DNA from: Candidatus Magasanikiibacteriota bacterium
GTDB taxonomy: Bacteria > Patescibacteriota > Patescibacteriia > Magasanikbacterales > UBA922
Direction: 5' to 3'
Assembly: GCA_052034405.1 (NCBI GenBank)
Contig: JBPOIO010000023.1
Span: forward strand, 15,340 to 79,339
Length of the DNA: 64,000 bases
The notes beneath the pieces were generated by a model that ran no database searches, was not told the DNA's origin, and was given only the letters and a program-made list of their open reading frames with translations. The translations under genes were made by a program, and so were the position numbers. Shown in pieces: positions 55,611-64,000 of this stretch. The number at the start of each line of letters is the position of its first letter. Position 1 is the first letter of the stretch.

Positions 55611-56618
55611 TTACTTCGTAGCCAAAATACTGCGTTTATATGTTTCCAAATTTTCAAGCGCAATACCAGTCCCCTTTGCCACACAAAGCAGTGGTTCATC
55701 CGCAACATAACAGGCAACACCAGTCGCTTCCGAAATAAGCGCGTCGAGGTTGCGAAGCATGCTCGATCCCCCTGCCATCATAATTCCTTTGTCCATCACA
55801 TCTGCAGAGAGTTCTGGTGGCGTCTCATGTAATACTTCTTTGACCGCTTCAATAAGCCCCTGCAAATCATGCTGCAAAGCTTCGGTGGTATCATTACTCG
55901 TCACCGTAATCGTACGAGGAAGTCCTGTCACATTATCACGCCCTTTTACTTCCATGGTAAGTGGTGTATCCATGTACATTGCTGAACCAACTTTAATTTT
56001 TACCTCTTCCGATGATCGATCACCAATCGCCATACCATACTTACGACGAATAAATTCAGCGATAGAAGCGTCAAATCGTGTTCCTCCGATACGCACTGAA
56101 CCACAAGATACAATTCCACCGAGCGAAATCACAGCAATTTCTGCAGTTCCTCCACCAATATCCACAATCATATGACCCGATGGACTCCCAATTGGGATAT
56201 CTGCTCCAATAGCAGATACAATCGGTTCTTTGATAATATACGCAGCTCGCGCTCCTGCTGCCATAGCAGCATCAATTACCGCACGTCTTTCGGTTGAAGT
56301 AATACCAGCTGGTACCGCAATCATTACCTCTGGACGAAAAATACGCACCCCACCAAGGGCTTTGTTGATAAAATAACGCAGCATGGCTTCTGTTGTACGA
56401 TAATTGGCAATCACACCATCTTTGAGTGGACGCTCAGCCACAATAGTGTCTGGAGTACGCCCAATCATTTCTTTTGCTTCAATTCCAACTGCCAATACTT
56501 TTTTTTCTAATTTTGAAACTGCTACAACAGATGGTTCGTTAATTACAATACCACGCTTTGGTACATACACCAGCACATTTGTTGTCCCAAGATCAATTGC
56601 AACTTTTTTTACCCACAT
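55611..56618 (-). CDS. Second MreB-like actin-family protein
   Basis: AIDLGTTNVLVYV. IVDIGGGTAEIAVISLG. MAGGSSMLRNLDALISEATG. Paralog of 6177..7223. Confidence 0.85.
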   Translation of the reverse strand: MWVKKVAIDLGTTNVLVYVPKRGIVINEPSVVAVSKLEKKVLAVGIEAKEMIGRTPDTIVAERPLKDGVIANYRTTEAMLRYFINKALGGVRIFRPEVMIAVPAGITSTERRAVIDAAMAAGARAAYIIKEPIVSAIGADIPIGSPSGHMIVDIGGGTAEIAVISLGGIVSCGSVRIGGTRFDASIAEFIRRKYGMAIGDRSSEEVKIKVGSAMYMDTPLTMEVKGRDNVTGLPRTITVTSNDTTEALQHDLQGLIEAVKEVLHETPPELSADVMDKGIMMAGGSSMLRNLDALISEATGVACYVADEPLLCVAKGTGIALENLETYKRSILATK

Positions 56619-56630
56619 AATAATTTATTT

Positions 56631-58130
56631 TTATAAACCAACGTCAAAAGTTCTATCCACTTTCAAATTTGTTTTTAATGTATAGAAAGTATTGCCCCAA
56701 TCTTTTTTCTCTTCTGCAGGAACAGCAGACTGTATATTTTTAGCAAAATTCAAGTTCAAGGTCAATGCGGTATCAACAATTCCAAGTTCTTTTTGAACCA
56801 AAAGTGAATATTTTTTTGCTTTTATCTGATCGCTCACAGAATTTGGCAAAATATAGCTAAATTCCAAAGTTCCAACCTTTCCAGGTTCAATAGCGATAAA
56901 GGTCCCAAACCAATGGTGCGCCAATTCTTCGCCTTCGTCAACTACCCCAGGAAGTGGACTACGATCTGTCTTCATCGCACCTTTGACATCAAGCAGCTTA
57001 GCACCACTAGGTACATAGACCCGAGCATAGGTTCTATAACGACTCGTACGCCAATCAAATTTTCCTGTATGAGTGTAGGTCATTTTGGCATGTGCCACAA
57101 AATCATTTCCACGAGGCTCAATACTATATTCCAAATTTCGTACTATGGCATGATCGGTTTTGAGTGCTGCCAAATTGGCATCAACCCACAGAAGATAATC
57201 ACTTGCTGGAGCTTTGACTCTACCTGTCCAACCAAGGTTATTGATCACACGTTCAAGTTCTGCATCTTTTGAATAAAAAATAATATGTTTTTCATTTCCA
57301 AGATCACGAAGCAAACTACTATAATCTCCAAAATGTAAAAAGGCATCTGTTTTGAGATGCGACAAAAGCGCATCCATAAATGTTTTTATAATTCCTTTTC
57401 GATTTTCAAAATCACGACCACTTTTTTCCCAATCATATTCTACGGTATATTCCAATTTTTCTATTACATTCTCTGAGGTAAACAAATCTCCCTCAACAGT
57501 AAAAGGTCCTGTGATTTTCATAAGCCTCTCGAGTACTGTCGGAGTAAACGCAACCACGGTATCAATTTCATCGGCGGCAATACCATTTTCACCTTTATAC
57601 AGTTCCAAGGCTTTTTGTGCAGAAACTGCAAAATCTGGTGACCAATTGGAATCACGAAAATACCAACGATCAACGCCAAGATGATCTGTCAAAACCTGTG
57701 GCGCTGTTGGTTTCCAAGAAGCTGGCGTCTGGTGATCCAAAACTTCTGTTCCTTCAATTTTGAGTACATGTATTTTTCCTTGATCCACCCGAATTGCAGC
57801 ATAGAGTCCCAAAAATCCACCTCCGGGACGCATTTCTGTATTATTTTGAAACAAAAATAAATAAGTTCGAGGTTTGGTAAAACCCAAAAATTGAGGAAGT
57901 AGTGCAGAAAAATCACCACTTGGATCACCTACCAAAGTATTTACTTTGTTTTGTACTACAGCACTTGTCAAAAGCTGTTCTGGAGAAATATTTTTTATCT
58001 TGTAATAAGCATAGGCAGAGGCACTTCCAACGAGTGCTGCAATAATACAAACGAAGATAAATCCTTTAAAGCCTTTGAACATATTTTTTCTTTTAAATAA
58101 TGATAAATATTTCTCTTTTATTTGCCTCAT
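56631..58130 (-). CDS. DUF4012-domain protein (membrane-anchored, cell-envelope polysaccharide-associated family)
   Basis: N-terminal TM. QNNTEMRPGGGFLGLYAAI hallmark. Confidence 0.7.
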   Translation of the reverse strand: MRQIKEKYLSLFKRKNMFKGFKGFIFVCIIAALVGSASAYAYYKIKNISPEQLLTSAVVQNKVNTLVGDPSGDFSALLPQFLGFTKPRTYLFLFQNNTEMRPGGGFLGLYAAIRVDQGKIHVLKIEGTEVLDHQTPASWKPTAPQVLTDHLGVDRWYFRDSNWSPDFAVSAQKALELYKGENGIAADEIDTVVAFTPTVLERLMKITGPFTVEGDLFTSENVIEKLEYTVEYDWEKSGRDFENRKGIIKTFMDALLSHLKTDAFLHFGDYSSLLRDLGNEKHIIFYSKDAELERVINNLGWTGRVKAPASDYLLWVDANLAALKTDHAIVRNLEYSIEPRGNDFVAHAKMTYTHTGKFDWRTSRYRTYARVYVPSGAKLLDVKGAMKTDRSPLPGVVDEGEELAHHWFGTFIAIEPGKVGTLEFSYILPNSVSDQIKAKKYSLLVQKELGIVDTALTLNLNFAKNIQSAVPAEEKKDWGNTFYTLKTNLKVDRTFDVGL

Positions 58131-58175
58131 ACATTTTTACTTGTCCATGACTGTGGTCAATACAAGTAAAAATGT
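58131..58175. promoter_or_regulatory. Perfect 14-bp inverted repeat abutting the DUF4012 start codon
   Basis: ACATTTTTACTTGT (58131-58144), 17-nt spacer, ACAAGTAAAAATGT (58162-58175). No U-run, so more likely an operator or RBS-occluding hairpin than a terminator. Confidence 0.4.
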
Positions 58176-58225
58176 ATCTCGGCTCCATAAAATGAAATAT
58201 TTATCTGTGTCTCAAAAGTAAAAAA

Positions 58226-59725
58226 CTACAACGATTTTCTCTTTTTTTGAGAAACATTAAATCCCAAATATTTTCCAAACATCAAATGGGTAATCGAATC
58301 AATTGCGGGAATAGCCCCCACCAAAATCAAAGTAACAGGAAGCAGCGCCCACTGCAAAATCATGGAAATATAAGCATGTTTTGAAAAACTCTGTGGTCTT
58401 TTTGGAAGAAGCAAAAAACTCAGTGTAGCTGAAACAAATAAACCAATGAGCGCAATACGCATCAAAATTTGTAAGATATGTGGCGTATTGAAATACAGAG
58501 CACTCTCACGCACCCAGTCTGGAGCAAACCAAATTGGAAAACGTCCAAGTACCGTAATCAAAATAGCCACAACAGCCCAAGACCACTTCCCTTCCCACTG
58601 TGAAAACATCCATTTTGCTTTTGTAGCAAATGGCATATCTTTTCCTTTGCCATTTTTTCCAAATTCCCAAAGCAAATAAGGAATATGTTCTGTACCCCAA
58701 GCCCAACGTCTCTTTTGCTTGTACAAATTTACAATACTTTTCCACCAAGAATCATCACGCACCGTATCCATAGAAACAGGAATATACATTGGTGTTACCT
58801 CGTAGTCTCCATTATAGCGCAAAAGACATTGAAAAAAAATACGTGAATCTTCACTGACAATACGTTTGTCATGATATCCTGCATCAAATAAGGCTTGAAA
58901 ACTCATGGAATGTGAAGAAAAAGTCACCAGCGTATCTTGACGAGACAGTGCATTGAGCATCCAAAAAGTTGTACCAAATGCCATAATACGAAGTACCATT
59001 GGCGATTCCCAAATATTATTGTTATAGAGCACCACTGGTTGAAATGAACTGTGTGTTGGGTTTGGATGCGTACAATACAAATAGGTCAAATAACTAAAAT
59101 ATTCTTTATGACAAATCGTATCAATATCAAAAACCGTTACAATCACATCCGCATAGTCAAGACCTTTTTTATCAATATAACTTTTCATTTGTGCTTCGGC
59201 ATAATTCAAATTGGAACCTTTTCCAGGAATTTCATCGGGTAAATCCTTTGGGTGCAAAATTCCCACAATATCACCAAAACAAGTTCCAAATTTTTCTTGT
59301 GCATTTTTCAAAACTTCTTCATAGCGTTCTTTTGCTCGTTCTTCTCCAGCAATTACAATAGTAAATTTACTTTTATCATAAATAGAATCACAAACACTTT
59401 GCATTGCTGTTTCTACCACTTCCCAATCTTCTTTGTACAATGTCAAAAATATAACATGATGTTTGCTTTCCCAGCCCTTTGCTTCTTCAAATAAAACTTG
59501 TTTCCAATGTACTTGACTCACTTTACGAAAACGCATCCATGCAAGTATCAGATAAAAAGAAAAATAAATAACTTTGGTAAGCCAATAAATATCAAAAACA
59601 ATAACAAAATAAATCATCGCAAGTGGATGAGTAAAAGACAAAACAGCCGCACCGATCAAAGTGAGCCAAACCGTAATACCCGGCAACATTTCAAAAAAAC
59701 GATACTTGTGATAATTACTCAGCAT
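58226..59725 (-). CDS. Family 2 membrane glycosyltransferase (processive synthase-like)
   Basis: D,D,D and QKRRWAWG (QxxRW) motifs. N- and C-terminal TM bundles. Confidence 0.75.
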   Translation of the reverse strand: MLSNYHKYRFFEMLPGITVWLTLIGAAVLSFTHPLAMIYFVIVFDIYWLTKVIYFSFYLILAWMRFRKVSQVHWKQVLFEEAKGWESKHHVIFLTLYKEDWEVVETAMQSVCDSIYDKSKFTIVIAGEERAKERYEEVLKNAQEKFGTCFGDIVGILHPKDLPDEIPGKGSNLNYAEAQMKSYIDKKGLDYADVIVTVFDIDTICHKEYFSYLTYLYCTHPNPTHSSFQPVVLYNNNIWESPMVLRIMAFGTTFWMLNALSRQDTLVTFSSHSMSFQALFDAGYHDKRIVSEDSRIFFQCLLRYNGDYEVTPMYIPVSMDTVRDDSWWKSIVNLYKQKRRWAWGTEHIPYLLWEFGKNGKGKDMPFATKAKWMFSQWEGKWSWAVVAILITVLGRFPIWFAPDWVRESALYFNTPHILQILMRIALIGLFVSATLSFLLLPKRPQSFSKHAYISMILQWALLPVTLILVGAIPAIDSITHLMFGKYLGFNVSQKKRKSL

Positions 59726-59728
59726 AAC

Positions 59729-60406
59729 TTAAACAGCATTTAGAACAATAACAAACTCCCCTTTTTCCGACATATTTATTTTTGCAATATCCGAAATTTT
59801 TCCACGATAGACCGTCTCAAACTTTTTTGTGAGTTCACGAACAATCATCACTTTTCGCTCCGCTGCTACAAATTCTGAGAGACTCGCAATAGCTTTTTTG
59901 ATGCGATGATTGGATTCAAAAAATACTACCGTATATTCTGAATCTGCCACGATCTTAAAAAATTGTTGACGTTTATTTTTATGTGGAGGAAAACCAAGAA
60001 ACAAAACCTTGTCTGTTGGAAATCCAGAAATACTCAGAGCCGCAGTCAATGCTGACACTCCTGGAATTGGTACCACTTCAATGACAGAATTTGTATCGCT
60101 TGACGTCAAAAACTCTATGAGGATATTTCCTGGGTCACTAATACCCGGAGTCCCAGCATCACTCACAAGAGCAATATCTTTACCATCTTCAAGCATCTCT
60201 CGAATTTCCATCATTTTACTCATATCACTATGATGATGATAACTCATGGTTGGAGTCTTGATTTCAAAATGATTGAGCAAGTTTATTGTCACACGTGTAT
60301 CTTCACACAAAATACAATCAACGCTCCTGAGGGTTTCAAGAGCGCGAAAAGTCATATCTGACAAATTCCCAATCGGCGTAGCGACAATAAAAAGTTTTCC
60401 TGGCAT
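59729..60406 (-). CDS. rsmI: 16S rRNA (cytidine1402-2'-O)-methyltransferase
   Basis: Tetrapyrrole-methylase fold (LFIVATPIGNLSDMTFRALETL, ALVSDAGTPGISDPG). Confidence 0.85.
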   Translation of the reverse strand: MPGKLFIVATPIGNLSDMTFRALETLRSVDCILCEDTRVTINLLNHFEIKTPTMSYHHHSDMSKMMEIREMLEDGKDIALVSDAGTPGISDPGNILIEFLTSSDTNSVIEVVPIPGVSALTAALSISGFPTDKVLFLGFPPHKNKRQQFFKIVADSEYTVVFFESNHRIKKAIASLSEFVAAERKVMIVRELTKKFETVYRGKISDIAKINMSEKGEFVIVLNAV

Positions 60407-60414
60407 AGATACTT

Positions 60415-60771
60415 TTATTTTTTTTGGTTAAGAGATCTTTCAAAGGCATCAACATCGCCCCCCAATTCAGTGTCATCCTCCCAAAAACCATGACCTATAG
60501 GAGCTTCATCAATAGTACGATGCTTTTTATATTTGGGATCTTTAGGATTCCCGATAACACGAGCAGTTGGATGTACAATTTCTGCAGGAGGATGGGATTC
60601 TGAAACTGGTTTTATTTCAACTCCAGTAGCATCCAAATCTTCAAGTGTTTCTAAAACAGCATGGAGACCCATTCCTTCTCCTCGAGCACCTGATTTTGAA
60701 GCATCTTCCTCTGCTTGAGTAGCTTCCTTTATCCAACTCTTTGGTTCTCCTTCTAGTTTTTTCTCACTCAT
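60415..60771 (-). CDS. Hypothetical acidic protein
   Basis: 118-aa ORF filling the gap. Confidence 0.4.
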   Translation of the reverse strand: MSEKKLEGEPKSWIKEATQAEEDASKSGARGEGMGLHAVLETLEDLDATGVEIKPVSESHPPAEIVHPTARVIGNPKDPKYKKHRTIDEAPIGHGFWEDDTELGGDVDAFERSLNQKK

Positions 60772-60851
60772 ATAAATATGTTTAAAATTTCCTCTATCCT
60801 ACCAATAAATATCAAAAAAAGCAACTCTCAACTTTTGAGATATTCAAAAAT

Positions 60852-63173
60852 ATGTTATACTTGAAATATATGAAAAAAGGCATCCAAATACCTCTTATTT
60901 TCGTTCTACTTCTTGGTAATATACTTCCACAAAGTGTTTTGGCATCTGATTTTAACCCCAACTACCTCATCAGTGATGAGCAAATGCAAGACTATACAAG
61001 CATGACCAAGAGCGATATTGATCTCTTCCTTGACCAAAAAGGAAGCTATTTGCATACCTACAAAACAACAGACAAAAATGGAGAAAAAAAGAAAGCCGCT
61101 GATATTATTTATCAAGCTGCCCACGAATACAAAATCAATCCAAAATATCTTCTCGTAAAACTCCAAAAAGAACAAAGTCTCATTAGTGACCAAAATCCAA
61201 GCGAAAAACAACTCAACTGGGCAACAGGCTACGGTGTTTGCGATGCCTGTTCTATGGACGATCCAAAAATTCAAAAATGGAAAGGTTTTGGCAACCAAAT
61301 AGATAGTGCGGCAGGAATCATACGTTGGTACTACGACCACGAAGATGAACAAAATTGGATAAAGACCGCAAACAATACCTATACCATAGATGGACAAAAC
61401 GTTACTCCCACCAACAATGCCACTGCATTTCTCTATACCTACACCCCACATATCCAAGGAAACCAAAATTTTTGGAATCTTTGGCAAAAATGGTTTCAAG
61501 GTGGATACCCAGATGGAACCCTTTTTCGTTCTGCCCAAGATCCAACCATATACCTTCTTCAAAATGGAAAAAAACGTGCATTCAAAAGCATGACTTCTCT
61601 GGTGACACGTTATGATCCAAAACGTATTCTTACGGTTCCCGAAGCTGAAATCAATCGCTACCCTCTTGGGACAGCTATCAACTTCCCAAATTTTTCTCTT
61701 CTCAAACTAGATTCCAAATATTATTTACTCGACGACGATACCCTGAGACCCTTTGATTCAGAAAAAACCGTTCAAAAAATTGGATACAATCCAGACGAAA
61801 CTATTGATATCGAAGCAAGTGATATTGAAGGCATGCCTATTGGTGAAACCATTACAGTCAAAAATTCCGACAACCCACTCGGAGAAGTTGTTTATATAAA
61901 AGAAACTCAAGGTTGGTATTTTATAAAAAACGGAATTTCACATGCTATTATTGATCCACAACTGAGCAAAATTGCATTTCCTGGAATCAAAACCAGAAAT
62001 GCCCTTCTGGCAGATCTCCAAGATGCTACAGCTGGTGACCCTATCAAATTCCCAGATGGAACCCTTCTCAAAACTCCAACCAGTCCAAAAATTTATGTTG
62101 TAGAGCACGGCAAAAAACGCCATATTAGCGATGAAAAAATGTTTTTGGCTCTTGGCTACCAATGGAGTAACGTCATCACCACAAACGAACTCATGAGTTC
62201 ACTCTACCCTATTGGACCAGCACTTTCTCTTCCAGATTCTATTGCCAGTACCCTTGATGGTCCAAGTAGTCCAGGAGAAAATCCAAGTACTTCAAATAAT
62301 ACACAAAAAACTTTTGATACTGTAAAAAAAGGCAGTGATGGACTCCCTATTTTTGTAGATACTGGAAGTATGTATTCTATAAATCCAAGTAGTACGACGT
62401 ACGTTGGAAAACAATTTGATACAAATGTAAATACCTATCTTGTTGCAGATGCAAGTACTGGAAAAATTTTGGCTGGAAAAAATATTGATGTGGTTCGCCC
62501 CCTTGCATCATTCACCAAAGTCATGACTGCGAATCTTTTGATGAAAAAAAATATTTCACTTTCCAAATCAGTAACATTCAACAAAGCAGAACACCAGGGT
62601 CTTTATGGTTCATTTCGCCTCGTTGACGGAGAAAAAGTTCGCAATGCAGATATTCTCTCCACCATGCTCGTATCTTCAAATAATACTGCCACACGCATGA
62701 TTGTGGATGGTATAGAAAAAAACGAAGCCACATTTACCAAAGACATGAATGCTCTTGCCAAACTCTGGAATCTCAAATCAACAAAATTTTCCGAACCAAG
62801 TGGAGCAGATCTTGGTAATATTTCAACAGCACGAGATTATCTCAAAATTTTTACTGAAGCAACAAAAAACAAAACACTCCTTGATTTCCTTGGAGCAAAA
62901 AGCTACAAATATGACGAGGTTCTTGACAAAGACAACAACCCAAACCACTTTGATAGCAATAGTAATGAACTGATGAAACGAAATGACCTCTCTTTTACAA
63001 TACTTGCCAGTAAAACCGGATATCTGATAGAATCAGGCGCAGGCCTTGCTATGCGAATAGAACGCAAAAGTGATAAAAAACAATTTATTATCATTACTAT
63101 GGGCAACCCAGACTATGACCGCAGATTTCTTGCCCCAGAAAAATTGAGCGAATGGACTTTGAAAAACTTTTAA
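60852..63173 (+). CDS. Secreted multidomain protein: N-terminal repeats plus C-terminal S11 D-Ala-D-Ala carboxypeptidase (PBP5/DacA-like)
   Basis: Signal peptide. Duplicated module (PDGTLFRSAQDPTIYLLQNGKKRAFKS vs PDGTLLKTPTSPKIYVVEHGKKRHIS). C-terminal SFTK (SxxK), SSNN (SxN), KTG motifs. Confidence 0.75.
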   Translation: MLYLKYMKKGIQIPLIFVLLLGNILPQSVLASDFNPNYLISDEQMQDYTSMTKSDIDLFLDQKGSYLHTYKTTDKNGEKKKAADIIYQAAHEYKINPKYLLVKLQKEQSLISDQNPSEKQLNWATGYGVCDACSMDDPKIQKWKGFGNQIDSAAGIIRWYYDHEDEQNWIKTANNTYTIDGQNVTPTNNATAFLYTYTPHIQGNQNFWNLWQKWFQGGYPDGTLFRSAQDPTIYLLQNGKKRAFKSMTSLVTRYDPKRILTVPEAEINRYPLGTAINFPNFSLLKLDSKYYLLDDDTLRPFDSEKTVQKIGYNPDETIDIEASDIEGMPIGETITVKNSDNPLGEVVYIKETQGWYFIKNGISHAIIDPQLSKIAFPGIKTRNALLADLQDATAGDPIKFPDGTLLKTPTSPKIYVVEHGKKRHISDEKMFLALGYQWSNVITTNELMSSLYPIGPALSLPDSIASTLDGPSSPGENPSTSNNTQKTFDTVKKGSDGLPIFVDTGSMYSINPSSTTYVGKQFDTNVNTYLVADASTGKILAGKNIDVVRPLASFTKVMTANLLMKKNISLSKSVTFNKAEHQGLYGSFRLVDGEKVRNADILSTMLVSSNNTATRMIVDGIEKNEATFTKDMNALAKLWNLKSTKFSEPSGADLGNISTARDYLKIFTEATKNKTLLDFLGAKSYKYDEVLDKDNNPNHFDSNSNELMKRNDLSFTILASKTGYLIESGAGLAMRIERKSDKKQFIIITMGNPDYDRRFLAPEKLSEWTLKNF

Positions 63174-63182
63174 TTTTCTGCT

Positions 63183-63974
63183 ATGTCACTTGTTTTTGCC
63201 GGACTTACCCCACACCCACCGCTTCTTATTGAAAATATCGGAAAAGAAAATTTGAATAAACTCAAAAATACAAAAGAAGCCCTTGAGCGACTTGAAGAAG
63301 AACTCTACCTTTCACATCCTCAAGTATTATTTGTTATTTCACCTCATGAAGGAATTCACGAAAGAGCTTTTGTTATCAATGTACATGAAAACTTTACATC
63401 CAATTTTGAAGAATTTGGCGACCTTGTCACAACAAAAACATGGATGAGTGCTGGAGACTTTGGGGCTCGTATTGCACACGAAGGACAAAAATTTCACTTG
63501 CCTATTCGTCTTATCAACGAAGAAAAAATTCGTTATGGAGCCACTATACCGCTTCATTATTTGACAGCACATTTACCCAATATAAAAATTGTACCTATTG
63601 GATACAGTGGACTTTCTACCAAAGATCATATGGCTTTTGGAGAACTTCTCAAAGAAATTATTTTGCTCTCTGGAAAACGCATTGCAGTCATTGCCAGTGG
63701 TGATATGTCACATTGTATGAGCAAAAAATCTCCCATGCCCTATAATCCAAAAGGAAAAGAATTTGATGAAACACTCCAAACACTTCTTCATACTCGAAAT
63801 ACTCTCGGCATTAGTCAAATTGACACAACACTTATTGAACAAGCTCAAGAGTGTTGCTACAAGTCCCTTCTTATACTCCTTGGAATTCTCAAAAATGTAG
63901 ATTATCAATTTGAAAATTATTGCTACGAACATCCATTTGGTGTTGGATACCTGACTGGAAATTTTAGATTATAG
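63183..63974 (+). CDS. LigB-type class III extradiol dioxygenase / Memo-like family protein
   Basis: TPHPPLL near N-terminus. ASGDMSH metal-binding-like motif. 263 aa. Confidence 0.55.
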   Translation: MSLVFAGLTPHPPLLIENIGKENLNKLKNTKEALERLEEELYLSHPQVLFVISPHEGIHERAFVINVHENFTSNFEEFGDLVTTKTWMSAGDFGARIAHEGQKFHLPIRLINEEKIRYGATIPLHYLTAHLPNIKIVPIGYSGLSTKDHMAFGELLKEIILLSGKRIAVIASGDMSHCMSKKSPMPYNPKGKEFDETLQTLLHTRNTLGISQIDTTLIEQAQECCYKSLLILLGILKNVDYQFENYCYEHPFGVGYLTGNFRL

Positions 63975-64000
63975 AGTATTGAAAATAGTTTTTATGGAAC

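Noticed and set aside
1-64000. CRISPR arrays, rRNA operons, integrases/transposases, restriction-modification or toxin-antitoxin modules
   Set aside because: Scanned both strands. No direct-repeat/spacer arrays, no rRNA-like conserved stretches, no recombinase/transposase or methyltransferase-endonuclease pairs recognised. The only mobile-like signal is the inverted-repeat-bounded AT-rich segment at 21991-22396, plus the GC-rich islets.

Overview
Gene-dense, AT-rich (~35-40% GC) bacterial chromosomal segment, code 11 (TGA is a stop, e.g. at 10595-10597). Gene content and small, frequently fused proteins suggest a reduced-genome lineage, possibly Candidate Phyla Radiation / Patescibacteria. 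That assignment is inference from gene content only. About 65 protein genes were called. Two scattered clusters make peptidoglycan and cell-shape functions: mreB-mreC-mreD-mrdA, and a fragmented dcw-like set (murF, DegT aminotransferase, FemXAB, ftsQ, then murB, ATP-grasp, mraY, ATE/Bpt-like transferase, murC/mpl). Housekeeping genes include proS, lysS, serS, greA, secA-secD-secF, hpf, pyrH, frr, glyA, rarA, holB, rsmI, dus and an Elp3 homolog. No rRNA, tRNA or CRISPR array was recognised. Several features stand out against this core. Three short GC-rich (~60% GC) patches carry small GC3-biased ORFs and look horizontally acquired: around 1018-1161, 35700-36230 and 45270-45690. The last has a consensus promoter, a start-codon-sequestering hairpin and tandem terminators. 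Two GC-rich structured RNA-like elements flank an ATP-grasp ligase gene next to murB. One of them lies immediately downstream of a TTGCCA-17-TATACT motif upstream of the gene and is a candidate riboswitch. Unusual domain fusions occur in SecD (parvulin insert), MurF (N-terminal membrane domain) and an RdgB-NUDIX protein. The ProRS carries a zinc ribbon in place of the editing domain. A pair of tandem paralogous small proteins lies between an ATE/Bpt-like aminoacyl-tRNA transferase and murC/mpl. A 460-bp AT-rich noncoding segment is flanked by imperfect inverted repeats. A TTGCnn-17-TACACT promoter-like motif recurs upstream of three genes, including lysS.
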